A DNA stretch of 64,000 bases from Anaerotruncus sp. GTDB lineage: Bacteria > Bacillota > Clostridia > Oscillospirales > Ruminococcaceae. Positions 44,336-53,078 of this stretch are shown in pieces. The translations under genes were made by a program, and so were the position numbers. The notes under the pieces are model-generated. The model was not told the origin of the DNA and ran no database searches. It worked only from the letters and a program-made list of their open reading frames with translations. Location: contig JAETRV010000006.1 of assembly GCA_021770005.1 (NCBI GenBank), forward strand, positions 4,372 through 68,371, written 5' to 3'. The stretch's first letter is position 1. Each line of letters opens with the position of its first letter.

Positions 44336-45220
44336 ATGGGTGCAGAAATCATTCGGTTGGTCCGCAGGGAACTCATCTACCTTGCCTATTATTTTGAGAT
44401 CCAGTTAGGGCAGATCCTGCCCTACTGGGTCCTGGGCATCATCATCGGGTCGGTGGTGTCGGTCTTCGGAAAGCAAAAGATCCACCGGCTTTTCCTGTCC
44501 ATGCAGAAGCACCGGCTGGGCATCGCTTCCCCCCTATGTATGTACGGGACGATCCCCATCGCGGCTTCCTTCTCGGAACAGGGGATGGCTGACGACTGGC
44601 TGGCGGCTTTTATGATGAGTTCTATTCTTCTGAACCCCCAGCTGATGATCTACACCTCCGCGTTGGGGGAGGCCGCCTTTTGGGTCCGGTTCGTCTCCAG
44701 CTTTCTGTGCGGATGCTGTGCGGGGGTGCTGATCCGAATTTTTTACAAGGATAAAAAGTTTTTCAATTTTGAAGGCTTTGGCTCCGGCGGCAACAGGGAT
44801 ACCGACCCAAACCCGCTTCTGCGGCTGCTGAAAAACATGGGGCGGAATGTAAAGCGGACGGGGCCCTATTTCCTGCTGGGCATCCTGCTGGCCTCCCTCT
44901 TTCAGATCCATGTGCCGTCGGAAGCCTTTGCGGACCTCTTCTCCGCCGACCGGCGCTTCGGCATTTTCATGGCGGCCACCATCGGGGTCCCCATGTATGC
45001 CTGTGGCGGAGGAACCATTCCGCTTTTGCGTCAATGGCTTCTGTCTGGAATGAGTATGGGGGCCGCCGCTGCCTTTATGATCACCGGACCGGCCACCAAG
45101 ATCACAAATCTGGGCGCCATGAAAACGGTTTTGGGGCTCCGACGGTTTTTACTGTATCTGGGATTCTCTATGCTGTTCGCTTTTGTTTGTGGACTGGCCG
45201 TTGATCAGGCGGGCATTTGA
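44336..45220 (+). CDS. permease (ArsP/DUF318-like)
   Basis: 294 aa, polytopic. ...CMYGTIPIAASF...PMYACGGGTIPLL... Confidence 0.6.
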   Translation: MGAEIIRLVRRELIYLAYYFEIQLGQILPYWVLGIIIGSVVSVFGKQKIHRLFLSMQKHRLGIASPLCMYGTIPIAASFSEQGMADDWLAAFMMSSILLNPQLMIYTSALGEAAFWVRFVSSFLCGCCAGVLIRIFYKDKKFFNFEGFGSGGNRDTDPNPLLRLLKNMGRNVKRTGPYFLLGILLASLFQIHVPSEAFADLFSADRRFGIFMAATIGVPMYACGGGTIPLLRQWLLSGMSMGAAAAFMITGPATKITNLGAMKTVLGLRRFLLYLGFSMLFAFVCGLAVDQAGI

Positions 45221-45268
45221 ATCCCGCCATCACAAGCTCAAAAGGGGCAGGAAAAAGGAGGTGGAAAA

Positions 45269-45703
45269 TTGACGGATAGGGCGGAAAAAGCATTGGAGCT
45301 GCGTTCCAAAAGGTATAACTGTTGTCAGGCGGTGGTCTGCGCCTTTGCCGACACGGTGGGCGTAGACGAACAGATCCTTTTCAAAGCCGCCGAGGGCTTT
45401 GGCGCTGGCATGGGCGGGCAGCGGTGCGTCTGTGGCGCCATTGCGGGCGCTGTTATGATCAGCGGGCTGCTGCAAAGCTCTGGACAGGCTGGAGATATGG
45501 ATTCTCTGCTTCGCTCCCTGGAATGCTCCCGGCAGCTTACAGAGAGCTTTGAGCGGCAAAATATGTCTTTGATCTGTAAGGATCTGAGATCCCCCGATGC
45601 GGGAAAAACACAAGCCATCTGCAACGGATATGTTGCGGATGCTGTAAAATTAGTGGAAGATATTATTTTGAATCCCAAAAAGGAGGGCTCCAACGATGCC
45701 TGA
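45269..45703 (+). CDS. C_GCAxxG_C_C-family protein
   Basis: 144 aa. YNCCQAVVCAF...CVCGAIAGAV matches the family-defining motif. Confidence 0.7.
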   Translation: MTDRAEKALELRSKRYNCCQAVVCAFADTVGVDEQILFKAAEGFGAGMGGQRCVCGAIAGAVMISGLLQSSGQAGDMDSLLRSLECSRQLTESFERQNMSLICKDLRSPDAGKTQAICNGYVADAVKLVEDIILNPKKEGSNDA

Positions 45704-47447
45704 ATACTTGGATCGCATCAATTCCCCGGCAGACCTGAAAAAACTATCGCCGGAGCAGCTTCCTGATCTGGCGGCGGAGATCCGGGAGACGCTGCTGATC
45801 CGTCTGATGACCACCGGCGGTCATGCCGGCCCCAACCTGGGCATGGTGGAGGCCACCATCGCCCTGCACTATGTATTCGATTCCCCCAAGGATCAATTCG
45901 TTTTTGATGTTTCCCACCAGTGTTATGTCCATAAGATGCTCACCGGGCGCCGGGACGGCTTTACCGATCCGGCGCGGTACGGGGCCTACTCTGGCTACAC
46001 CAACCCGAAAGAGAGCGAACACGACATATTTACTGTGGGCCACACCGCTACCGCCATCAGCCTGGCTACCGGTCTGGCGATGGCCCGTGACCTGAAGGGC
46101 GAAAGCAACAATGTGGTGGCTATCGTGGGCGATGGCTCCATGTCCGGTGGTGAAGCCTTTGAAGGATTGAACAACGCCTCTATGCTTGGCAGCAACTTCA
46201 TCCTCCTGTTCAACGACAACGGCATTGCCATCGCCCCTAACCATGGCGGGATGTACCGGAATTTTTCCCGGCTGCGAGAAACAAACGGTTTGGAGGAATG
46301 TAATTTCTTCCGATCCTTTGGCATGGATTACCTCTATGTTCCCAATGGAAACGATGTTCTGGCGCTGGTGGAGGCTTTCCGGGCGGTGAAAGACACAAAG
46401 CTTCCCGTGGTGGTCCATATCCACACCGAGAAAGGCAAGGGCCTCCCCTGGAACAAGGAGAATATGGAGGGGACCCACTTTGTTATGCCCGGCCTCGCCC
46501 CCCTGGATGACTTTATGAGCCAGTATCCCAGCTGCGGCGCGATGATGGCGGAGCATCTGCTGGAAAAGATCAAGGCCGATCCCACCATCATGGTTCTCTC
46601 CCCCGCCACGCCGGGACAATCTATGCTCCTGCCGGAGTTTCGGGAAAAGGCGGGGAAGCAGTTCCTGGATGTGGGCATCGCGGAGCAGCACGCGGTAGCG
46701 GTAGCCGCCGGACTTGCCAGCAGCGGGGCCAAACCGGTGCTGTGTATCGTGGCTTCCTTTATGCAGCGGGCCTTTGACCAGCTGCTGCTGAATCTGTCTC
46801 TGGACAAAAGCCCGGCGATCATTTTGGTGTCCAACGCCACCATCAACCCTGGAGACGCCACCCACTGCGGCATCTACGACATCGCCATGACCAGCCCCAT
46901 CCCCAACCTTATCTGCCTGGCTCCTGCCACCGTAGAAGAGTACCTTGCGATGTTTGACTGGGCGCTGGAACAGGTCGAGGCCCCGGTGATGATCCGGGAG
47001 CCCGGTATGCTCATCTCCGCCGGGCGAAACATTGCCTTTACCGACGCCGATGTGGGCAAGTATGAGATCACCGAGCGGGGCTCGAAAGTGGCTCTGTTAG
47101 GTCTGGGCAATTTTTATCACCGAGCCGCCCAGGTCAAAGCGTTGTTAAAGGAAAAGGCCGGCGTTGACGCAACACTCATCAACCCCCGGACCTGGTCCGC
47201 TTTGGATGAAGGAACGCTGGAAAAACTGAAGGCGGCGCATACCGTGGTGGTGACTTTGGAGGACGGTGTTGTTACCGGCGGCTTTGGTCAGAGGGTCGCC
47301 AGCTTCTACGGACCATCTGCCATGAAGGTATTGAACTACGGCGCGGCCAAGGAGTTCCGGGATCGGGTGCCCGTCGAAGAGCAGTACCTGCGGGACCGTC
47401 TGACCCCGGAACAGATCACGGAAGATATTTTATGCTGCCTCCAATAA
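45696..47447 (+). CDS. 1-deoxy-D-xylulose-5-phosphate synthase-like transketolase-family enzyme (short paralog-type)
   Basis: 583 aa. LDRINSPADLKKLSPEQLPDLAAEIRETLL...GGHAGPNLGMVEATIALHYVFDSPKDQFVFDVSHQCYVHKMLTGR. Confidence 0.75.
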   Translation: MPEYLDRINSPADLKKLSPEQLPDLAAEIRETLLIRLMTTGGHAGPNLGMVEATIALHYVFDSPKDQFVFDVSHQCYVHKMLTGRRDGFTDPARYGAYSGYTNPKESEHDIFTVGHTATAISLATGLAMARDLKGESNNVVAIVGDGSMSGGEAFEGLNNASMLGSNFILLFNDNGIAIAPNHGGMYRNFSRLRETNGLEECNFFRSFGMDYLYVPNGNDVLALVEAFRAVKDTKLPVVVHIHTEKGKGLPWNKENMEGTHFVMPGLAPLDDFMSQYPSCGAMMAEHLLEKIKADPTIMVLSPATPGQSMLLPEFREKAGKQFLDVGIAEQHAVAVAAGLASSGAKPVLCIVASFMQRAFDQLLLNLSLDKSPAIILVSNATINPGDATHCGIYDIAMTSPIPNLICLAPATVEEYLAMFDWALEQVEAPVMIREPGMLISAGRNIAFTDADVGKYEITERGSKVALLGLGNFYHRAAQVKALLKEKAGVDATLINPRTWSALDEGTLEKLKAAHTVVVTLEDGVVTGGFGQRVASFYGPSAMKVLNYGAAKEFRDRVPVEEQYLRDRLTPEQITEDILCCLQ

Positions 47448-47586
47448 GCGCCTGTTTGTCCAAAGATAAGGGACCCTTGTTGTATGATAAAATTTGTCCA
47501 TCCCGGATAGGCGAACGCAGGGGTGCGAGGCGGTGTGGAATCGGAAAACCACCTGAAATTAGCCAGTCAAAAAGGAGCGTGAAAAA

Positions 47587-48678
47587 ATGAAGCGGCTGCT
47601 TGCCTTATTTCTTGCCCTCTTCTTGTTGGGAGGATTGACCGCCTGCGGGAGCCAAAGCTATCCGGAAACCGAGACGACCAACGGAAGCGCAGGCTCCCCG
47701 GCGGTCGAAGCGCCGGAGGAGAGCGGAATGGCTGAGCCTGGCCCCTCTTTTGCAGCGCAGGCCCAACCGGAGGAACCGGTCTATCCAGACCCGGCGGAGG
47801 AGCTGCCCTCCACCCAGGATTACATTCATCAGGTGGTACGGGAGCATGTCGATCAGATCGAACAGCCGGGCATGACCGAATTTGAAAAGGTGAAGGCCGC
47901 TACCGACTATTTGATCGCGCTGGGCTACTATTGTCAATCACCGGCCCTGGATGTTTGGCGCTGGCGCACCGCCGGGGATACCATGCCCACCTACGAGGAA
48001 ATGCGGGCGCTCAGTATGCTGCTTTTCGGGGCAGAGACCTGCGAAGGGTACACCTCGGCTTTGAATCTGCTGTTGGAGGAGATGGGGATCGAGACCCGGT
48101 ACATGACCGGGATGACCTACAGCGTCCGGGGAGATCTGGTCTACCACTCCTGGAGCCAGGTCAAGGTGGACGGGGTCTGGTATCATTTGGACAGCGACCT
48201 GACGGACAACATCGCCAGGGACGGAGTGGTGAACTACCGCTATTTTCTCAAGGGCGACGCCACTATGAGCGCCTCCCACTTCTGGGGGCAGAGGCTCATC
48301 GACTCGGGGCGGCTGGAGCCGAAGCAGGTGGAGGAGGTACGCACCAACTATATGGGGGAAAATTGCCCACAGGACTATCCCACCCCGGCAGCGGCGATTA
48401 TCGCAGTCACACCAAAACCAGACATTAACGCCATCCGGGAAGAACTGAACAAGGAATTGGCCGCCTATGAAGAGCGGTACGGCAAGCTGGAATACATGGA
48501 ACTGGATATTCTGCCGCCGGTGTTCATCCGCGGACATGGATTTTCAGAGGATGAGCCCCTCAGACAATGGGCAGCGGATTACCAGGCGCTGCACTGTCTG
48601 ATCCCCCCGCCGGGGCAGGAGATCATAACCGGGGACCCCTTTGAAGATTGGGACGCAGAGTCCGGTTTTCCAAAGTAG
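47587..48678 (+). CDS. transglutaminase-like lipoprotein
   Basis: 363 aa. Lipobox LGGLTACGS. The core carries the Cys-His-Asp arrangement: ETCEGYTSALNLLL...YHSWSQVKVDGVWYHLDSD. Confidence 0.75.
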   Translation: MKRLLALFLALFLLGGLTACGSQSYPETETTNGSAGSPAVEAPEESGMAEPGPSFAAQAQPEEPVYPDPAEELPSTQDYIHQVVREHVDQIEQPGMTEFEKVKAATDYLIALGYYCQSPALDVWRWRTAGDTMPTYEEMRALSMLLFGAETCEGYTSALNLLLEEMGIETRYMTGMTYSVRGDLVYHSWSQVKVDGVWYHLDSDLTDNIARDGVVNYRYFLKGDATMSASHFWGQRLIDSGRLEPKQVEEVRTNYMGENCPQDYPTPAAAIIAVTPKPDINAIREELNKELAAYEERYGKLEYMELDILPPVFIRGHGFSEDEPLRQWAADYQALHCLIPPPGQEIITGDPFEDWDAESGFPK

Positions 48679-48768
48679 CGCCGGGATAGGATCATCGTGT
48701 TATCCGTCTTGGCGGGAGTCGCAAAGTCGGTTTATAACGATCCGGGTGAAGGGTAAAACAAAGTGAAT

Positions 48769-49335
48769 ATGAATAAGACAGCAAAAAATCTTGTATTGGC
48801 CGCCATGTTTCTGGCGATTGGAATGCTTTTACCTATTTTTACAGGACAGATCAAGCAGATCGGGAATATGCTCCTCCCTATGCACCTGCCGGTCTTTTTG
48901 TGCAGTTTGATCTGTGGATGGCAGTATGGAGCAGCGGTCGGCTTGGTTTTGCCCTTGCTGCGTTCCGTTCTATTTGGTATGCCGCCCTTATTTCCGACTG
49001 CCATTGCGATGGCGTTTGAATTGGCTTCTTACGGGCTGGTGGCGGGGTTGCTCTATGGACATTCGCGCTGGCAGTGCATCTTTGCTCTTTATCGTTCCCT
49101 GATCACAGCCATGATTGCAGGCCGGATCGTTTGGGGAGCAGCACAGATCGTATTGCTTGGCTTGAGCGGAAGCACCTTTACATGGCAGATGTTTATGGCC
49201 GGAGCATTACTGAACGCCATTCCCGGAATCATCGTTCAACTGATTTTGATTCCTGTTATTATGCAGACACTCAATAAAACTGGCCTGGTTCCGTTTAAGA
49301 AAATGAAAGCGAAAGAATCTGTGGCTTCATTTTAG
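48769..49335 (+). CDS. ECF-transporter S component (substrate unknown)
   Basis: ORF 48763..49335. ...LLPMHLPVFLCSLICGWQYGAAVGLVLPLLRSVLFGMPP... is typical of ECF S components. Confidence 0.65.
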   Translation: MNKTAKNLVLAAMFLAIGMLLPIFTGQIKQIGNMLLPMHLPVFLCSLICGWQYGAAVGLVLPLLRSVLFGMPPLFPTAIAMAFELASYGLVAGLLYGHSRWQCIFALYRSLITAMIAGRIVWGAAQIVLLGLSGSTFTWQMFMAGALLNAIPGIIVQLILIPVIMQTLNKTGLVPFKKMKAKESVASF

Positions 49336-49622
49336 AACTAAAAACGGAGCGTATAAACGGCAGGATTGTATCATGTTTTCTTTGTGATCGCGGCAAGACG
49401 ATTGGTACATATTTTTTAGATTATTTGTCTCCGCAAAACAGGGATGCCGAATACGAGGTAAGTATATCTTATCGAAAGGTCAATCTACCTTGTGCGGATT
49501 GGCCTTTCGACATTACATTAGCGAAAACCATACTGATAAGGAAGATTGCTTTCGGATACAGCGCAGTTTGAATAAAAAACAGTTTAGATCAAAATGTAGA
49601 AGGGAGGAAAAGTTTTACGGAG

Positions 49623-49949
49623 ATGTTGCGAACCCATTTGCGAAAAGCGCGTGAAGCCAGAAAACTCTCTCAAAGTGTCTTAGGCCGCCTTGCTGGCTGC
49701 GGTCAGGAAAAAATCAGTGCCTATGAAACCGGCAAAAGCCGGCCTCAATACCAAACGCTGATCCACTTGGCGGATGCTTTGCAGGTCTCCACAGACTACC
49801 TCCTTGGCCGGACAGACGAGATGGAGCCGATAATCACTCTTGAAGATGTACTGGAAGAAGATGAAGTAGAGCTAATTCTCAAATACCGGTCTTTGCCCAA
49901 AGAAAAGAAAATCAAGCTGTCCGGCATCGCCATCGGCCTAAGCGAATAA
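49623..49949 (+). CDS. XRE-family HTH regulator
   Basis: 108 aa. LRKAREARKLSQSVLGRLAGCGQEKISAYETGKSRPQYQTLIHLADALQVSTDYLLG. Confidence 0.8.
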   Translation: MLRTHLRKAREARKLSQSVLGRLAGCGQEKISAYETGKSRPQYQTLIHLADALQVSTDYLLGRTDEMEPIITLEDVLEEDEVELILKYRSLPKEKKIKLSGIAIGLSE

Positions 49950-49953
49950 GAAA

Positions 49954-49996
49954 AAGGCAGGGAAGAAAGAGCGTTCTGCTCCTTCTTCCCTGCCTT
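49954..49996. terminator. bidirectional terminator ending operon B
   Basis: 14-bp stem aaggcagggaagaa/ttcttccctgcctt with A/T runs on both sides. Confidence 0.7.
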
Positions 49997-50017
49997 TTGG
50001 CTGTCAGCCAAATCTTT

Positions 50018-50335
50018 TCAGACCAAATCTCTAAACACAAGACGGTTGGCGCAGCTCTCGATGGTATCCCGCACATCCTCCATGTAGCGGGTCTCCAGCT
50101 TCTGCCACTCCCGGTAAATATCCGCCAGAGGACAGGGAGAATCCAACAGGGCGCTGCCCTGCTCCACCGTAACATCCCGTTCCTCCAGCGCCATGAGAAT
50201 ATCCTCTCGGACACTGTACTCATAGGCGTGGTCTAAAATCTCCATGGGCGACAAGCCCAAAAGCCAGTCTCGGTAGGTATCCTGCTCCGCTTTCATCTTC
50301 CGGTACAAAATCGTAGTGAGTTCTTCCGCTGTCAT
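50018..50335 (-). CDS. hypothetical protein (resembles DUF3848-type proteins of Clostridia mobile elements)
   Basis: 105 aa. MTAEELTTILYRKMKAEQDTYRDWLLGLSPMEILDHAYEYSVREDILMAL. Confidence 0.5.
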   Translation of the reverse strand: MTAEELTTILYRKMKAEQDTYRDWLLGLSPMEILDHAYEYSVREDILMALEERDVTVEQGSALLDSPCPLADIYREWQKLETRYMEDVRDTIESCANRLVFRDLV

Positions 50336-50350
50336 ATCATCAATACCTCC

Positions 50351-51943
50351 TTAAATCCTGCCGGAAAGCAGCCGCTCGGCCACCTGCTGGCCGCCCAGCT
50401 CGCTGATCCGGTAGATCTCATCGCAGAAGGGCGCCAGGGTAAACTTCATCCCAGGGGTGGCCTGGTCCATCAGGATGCCGGTGATGGTGAATCCCATCGC
50501 CGCCTTTTTCTTCTGAAGCTCCCGGACAAAGGGCTCGGACACCCTGCATTCCCCATCGGTGATGAATACCACATCCGCCTGCCGGAACTCCCCGGTCTCC
50601 ATGAGCCGGAAAGCCTCCCGCAAGGAGGTCTCGTAGTCGGTGCCGCCGTCCAGGAAGGTGGAGGCGGAGGTCAACACATCCTCCGGGGCATACTGGCCGG
50701 GACGAAAAATATCTGTCCTGAAATCATCTTCATCGGAGAAGTGGATAAGGGCAAAATTCCGCCGATGGAATCCGGTAACATCCAGCAGGGCATAGGCCAC
50801 AGCCTTGCCCCAGGCGGCGTTGTCCCCGCCATGCTGCATGGTGGAGCCAGATTCATCCAGACAGACGATCTTATCCCCCTGGCCCTTGCAGACCTTTTCC
50901 CGTCGCTGGTGCTGGAGCAGCGCCCTTCGCTGGTATTTCCGCAGAAAGAGGGGGATGGTCTCCGGGGCGGCCAGCGGCCCGAACTCGGAGGAAAGCACGC
51001 TCCGCAGCCGGTTGCCCAGCTCCAGGCCGTATTTTTCGCCCCTGCCGTAGACGGTGGCGTTTTTGCGCTTCATTCGCATCATCTCCCGCAGGCGGCCCAG
51101 GTATTGGGAAATCTTCACCAGCTGTTCGTTCTGCCGGACCTTTTGGAGCAGCTGCCCGTTGAGGGCATCCGGCCGCATATTTCCGGGGTCGGTCCCCCAG
51201 GACAAAAGAATCTGGGCCGTTTCCTCTGCTTTCTCCATAGCGGCCTGTTCAGCGGCGGACAGCACAGCCTCCACCTGTTCCTGGTGATGGAGAAGGTTGT
51301 CCTCCACCATCTTCTCCAAAGCGGCCAGCTGCCGCACCTTGCTTTCGGCCCGGTTTGCCAGCCGGAGAATTTTTTTCTCCAGCTTGGAGTCCGGTTGGGA
51401 GGGGTCGTGGCGATCCAAGAGCTGTCGTAGCTGTTCCAGCCGTTCCTCCTGTTTGACAGTCTCCTTTTCCAGCACCGAAAGGCTCTGCTTCGGCCCGTTG
51501 GCGGCGTCCATCAGCCGGTCCAGGTTTTCGCAGGCCTGGCGCATGAACTCCTCCGCCGCATCGTAAGCGGGCAGCTCGTTTCCCTCGCAGACGGCCCTCA
51601 TGGCTGGGTAGACGGGGGACTGCATCAGCTGGCGCAGGATAGGACGGTGGAACTTTTTTGCCATGGGGGAAAGCTGCTCCTCCGGTTTCTCCCGAACATT
51701 CATGCTGAACAGGCTTTGGAACACATCACGGGAAAGGCCCCCGATACCGGGCAGCTTCCCCTGAGCCTGCTTTTCCAGCTTGCTCAACATATCGTCCCTG
51801 CCCTCTCGGACCTCCCGGTAAATTTCGTCCTCGATCCTCCTGGAGTAGAGGGTCCGGTTCTCCTTCCCGAACACCGTTTTCAGGCGGTCGCAAAAGAAGG
51901 CCGATTTCATCAGCCTGCCGAAATCAATAAAAGCGTCTCTCAT
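50351..51943 (-). CDS. von Willebrand factor A (VWA) domain protein, CoxE/NorD-like partner of the MoxR ATPase
   Basis: 530 aa. MIDAS motif VCLDESGST...DVVFITDGEC in the C-terminal third; long helical N-terminal region. Confidence 0.7.
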   Translation of the reverse strand: MRDAFIDFGRLMKSAFFCDRLKTVFGKENRTLYSRRIEDEIYREVREGRDDMLSKLEKQAQGKLPGIGGLSRDVFQSLFSMNVREKPEEQLSPMAKKFHRPILRQLMQSPVYPAMRAVCEGNELPAYDAAEEFMRQACENLDRLMDAANGPKQSLSVLEKETVKQEERLEQLRQLLDRHDPSQPDSKLEKKILRLANRAESKVRQLAALEKMVEDNLLHHQEQVEAVLSAAEQAAMEKAEETAQILLSWGTDPGNMRPDALNGQLLQKVRQNEQLVKISQYLGRLREMMRMKRKNATVYGRGEKYGLELGNRLRSVLSSEFGPLAAPETIPLFLRKYQRRALLQHQRREKVCKGQGDKIVCLDESGSTMQHGGDNAAWGKAVAYALLDVTGFHRRNFALIHFSDEDDFRTDIFRPGQYAPEDVLTSASTFLDGGTDYETSLREAFRLMETGEFRQADVVFITDGECRVSEPFVRELQKKKAAMGFTITGILMDQATPGMKFTLAPFCDEIYRISELGGQQVAERLLSGRI

Positions 51944-52014
51944 AAGTTGTCCTTTCCGGCGTCCAAAATGGGGAGAGCCGAAGCCCTCCCCGTGGTAACG
52001 CCACAGTTTATTTT

Positions 52015-52530
52015 TTAGAACGGCAGGTCTCCGGTCTCCTCTACTTCCTCGAAGGAAGAGGAAAAGCTGGATACCAGACCATCAAAGCCCGCAAAAGCGG
52101 CACTGAAGTCGGCGGCGGCCGGTGCAGCTGCGGGAGCCGCGGCCGGGGCTTGTGCCGGGGCCGCAGGCTGGGGCAGATAAGAGGGCCTTTCCGCTGTCCC
52201 GTCTGCCGGGACGGTTTCGATGGGGGCAAAGCCCACCCGTTCGGCCAGGATACGCACCCCCTCATGCTTGCTGCCATTTTTGTCCGTCCAGGGGGCGGCC
52301 TGCAAGCTGCCGGTGACTTCGATGAGCTTTCCCTTCTGGAAGTTGTTGGCGATAAACTCCGCCGTGGAACGCCACGCCTCCACATTAAAGAAGTCGGCCT
52401 TTTTCTCCTTGCCCTTGCCGGCGTACCGGTCACAGGCGATGCGAATGCCCACATGGAATACCCCCGCCGGGGTCTGGCGCAGCTCCGGGTCTTTGGTGAG
52501 CCTGCCGGTGATCACGATTGCGTTTGCCAT
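52015..52530 (-). CDS. ssb: single-stranded DNA-binding protein
   Basis: 171 aa. OB fold MANAIVITGRLTKDPELRQTPAGV..., an Ala/Pro-rich linker, and an acidic tail ending DLPF. Confidence 0.9.
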   Translation of the reverse strand: MANAIVITGRLTKDPELRQTPAGVFHVGIRIACDRYAGKGKEKKADFFNVEAWRSTAEFIANNFQKGKLIEVTGSLQAAPWTDKNGSKHEGVRILAERVGFAPIETVPADGTAERPSYLPQPAAPAQAPAAAPAAAPAAADFSAAFAGFDGLVSSFSSSFEEVEETGDLPF

Positions 52531-52872
52531 TTATGGTTCCTCCTGTTCTTTTAGGGCGGGATTTTCCCTGCCCTGCTTGTCGTAGATATTCCAGAGGATG
52601 TGCCGGAGCGTTTCCCGCCAATCCCGCCGTTCGTACCGAAACCAACGGCAAAGGGTCAAAAGAGGATGGGGAAACCGGTTCAGATACAGCAGATGCTCCT
52701 CATTCCAATCCCCGATACCGGAAAGCCGGCGGTAGAGGGTCTCACAGACAGCGATCTCTTCTGACCTGGCAAGAAACGCCTGGGGCGTAAGCCCGGAAAT
52801 CCTCTGACGAAAGGTGGCGTAGTCCAAGTCCAGCTTGTCCCGAAGCCCCTGTGGAAGATCATTTCTGCCCAT
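52531..52872 (-). CDS. hypothetical protein (113 aa)
   Basis: ORF 52531..52971 trimmed to ATG 52872 (GGAAGGTGG upstream). Confidence 0.45.
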   Translation of the reverse strand: MGRNDLPQGLRDKLDLDYATFRQRISGLTPQAFLARSEEIAVCETLYRRLSGIGDWNEEHLLYLNRFPHPLLTLCRWFRYERRDWRETLRHILWNIYDKQGRENPALKEQEEP

Positions 52873-53062
52873 TTGCAGACCACCTTCCCAGCCCCTTGCG
52901 AAAGCCCGCAAGGAAATTCTCTGCCAGCTTGCCGAGGAAAACGGCCAGTCCACCCAGCAGCCACAGGCCAATGAGAACCTGCGCCACCCTGGAGCGCAGC
53001 AGGCAGAGCAGCAGGATAACCAGGGTGATGCCGATGAGTACCGAAAGCAGCTTGTGTTTCAT
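52859..53062 (-). CDS. small membrane protein (67 aa, two TM segments)
   Basis: MKHKLLSVLIGITLVILLLCLL...VLIGLWLLGGLAVFLG. Fills the gap between the MoxR gene and the downstream gene. Confidence 0.45.
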   Translation of the reverse strand: MKHKLLSVLIGITLVILLLCLLRSRVAQVLIGLWLLGGLAVFLGKLAENFLAGFRKGLGRWSANGQK

Positions 53063-53078
53063 AACTTAGTCCTTTCCT

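Noticed and set aside
48679-48768. A riboswitch upstream of the ECF S-component gene.
   Set aside because: I could not find TPP (CUGAGA...ACCUGA), THF, preQ1 or FMN core motifs. Only weak local hairpins are present.
49336-49622. A possible attR or second copy of the tRNA-fMet 3' end (gtctccgcaaaaca at ~49428 versus ctctccccgcaacca).
   Set aside because: Only a short, gapped resemblance, and no convincing direct repeat anywhere in the window.
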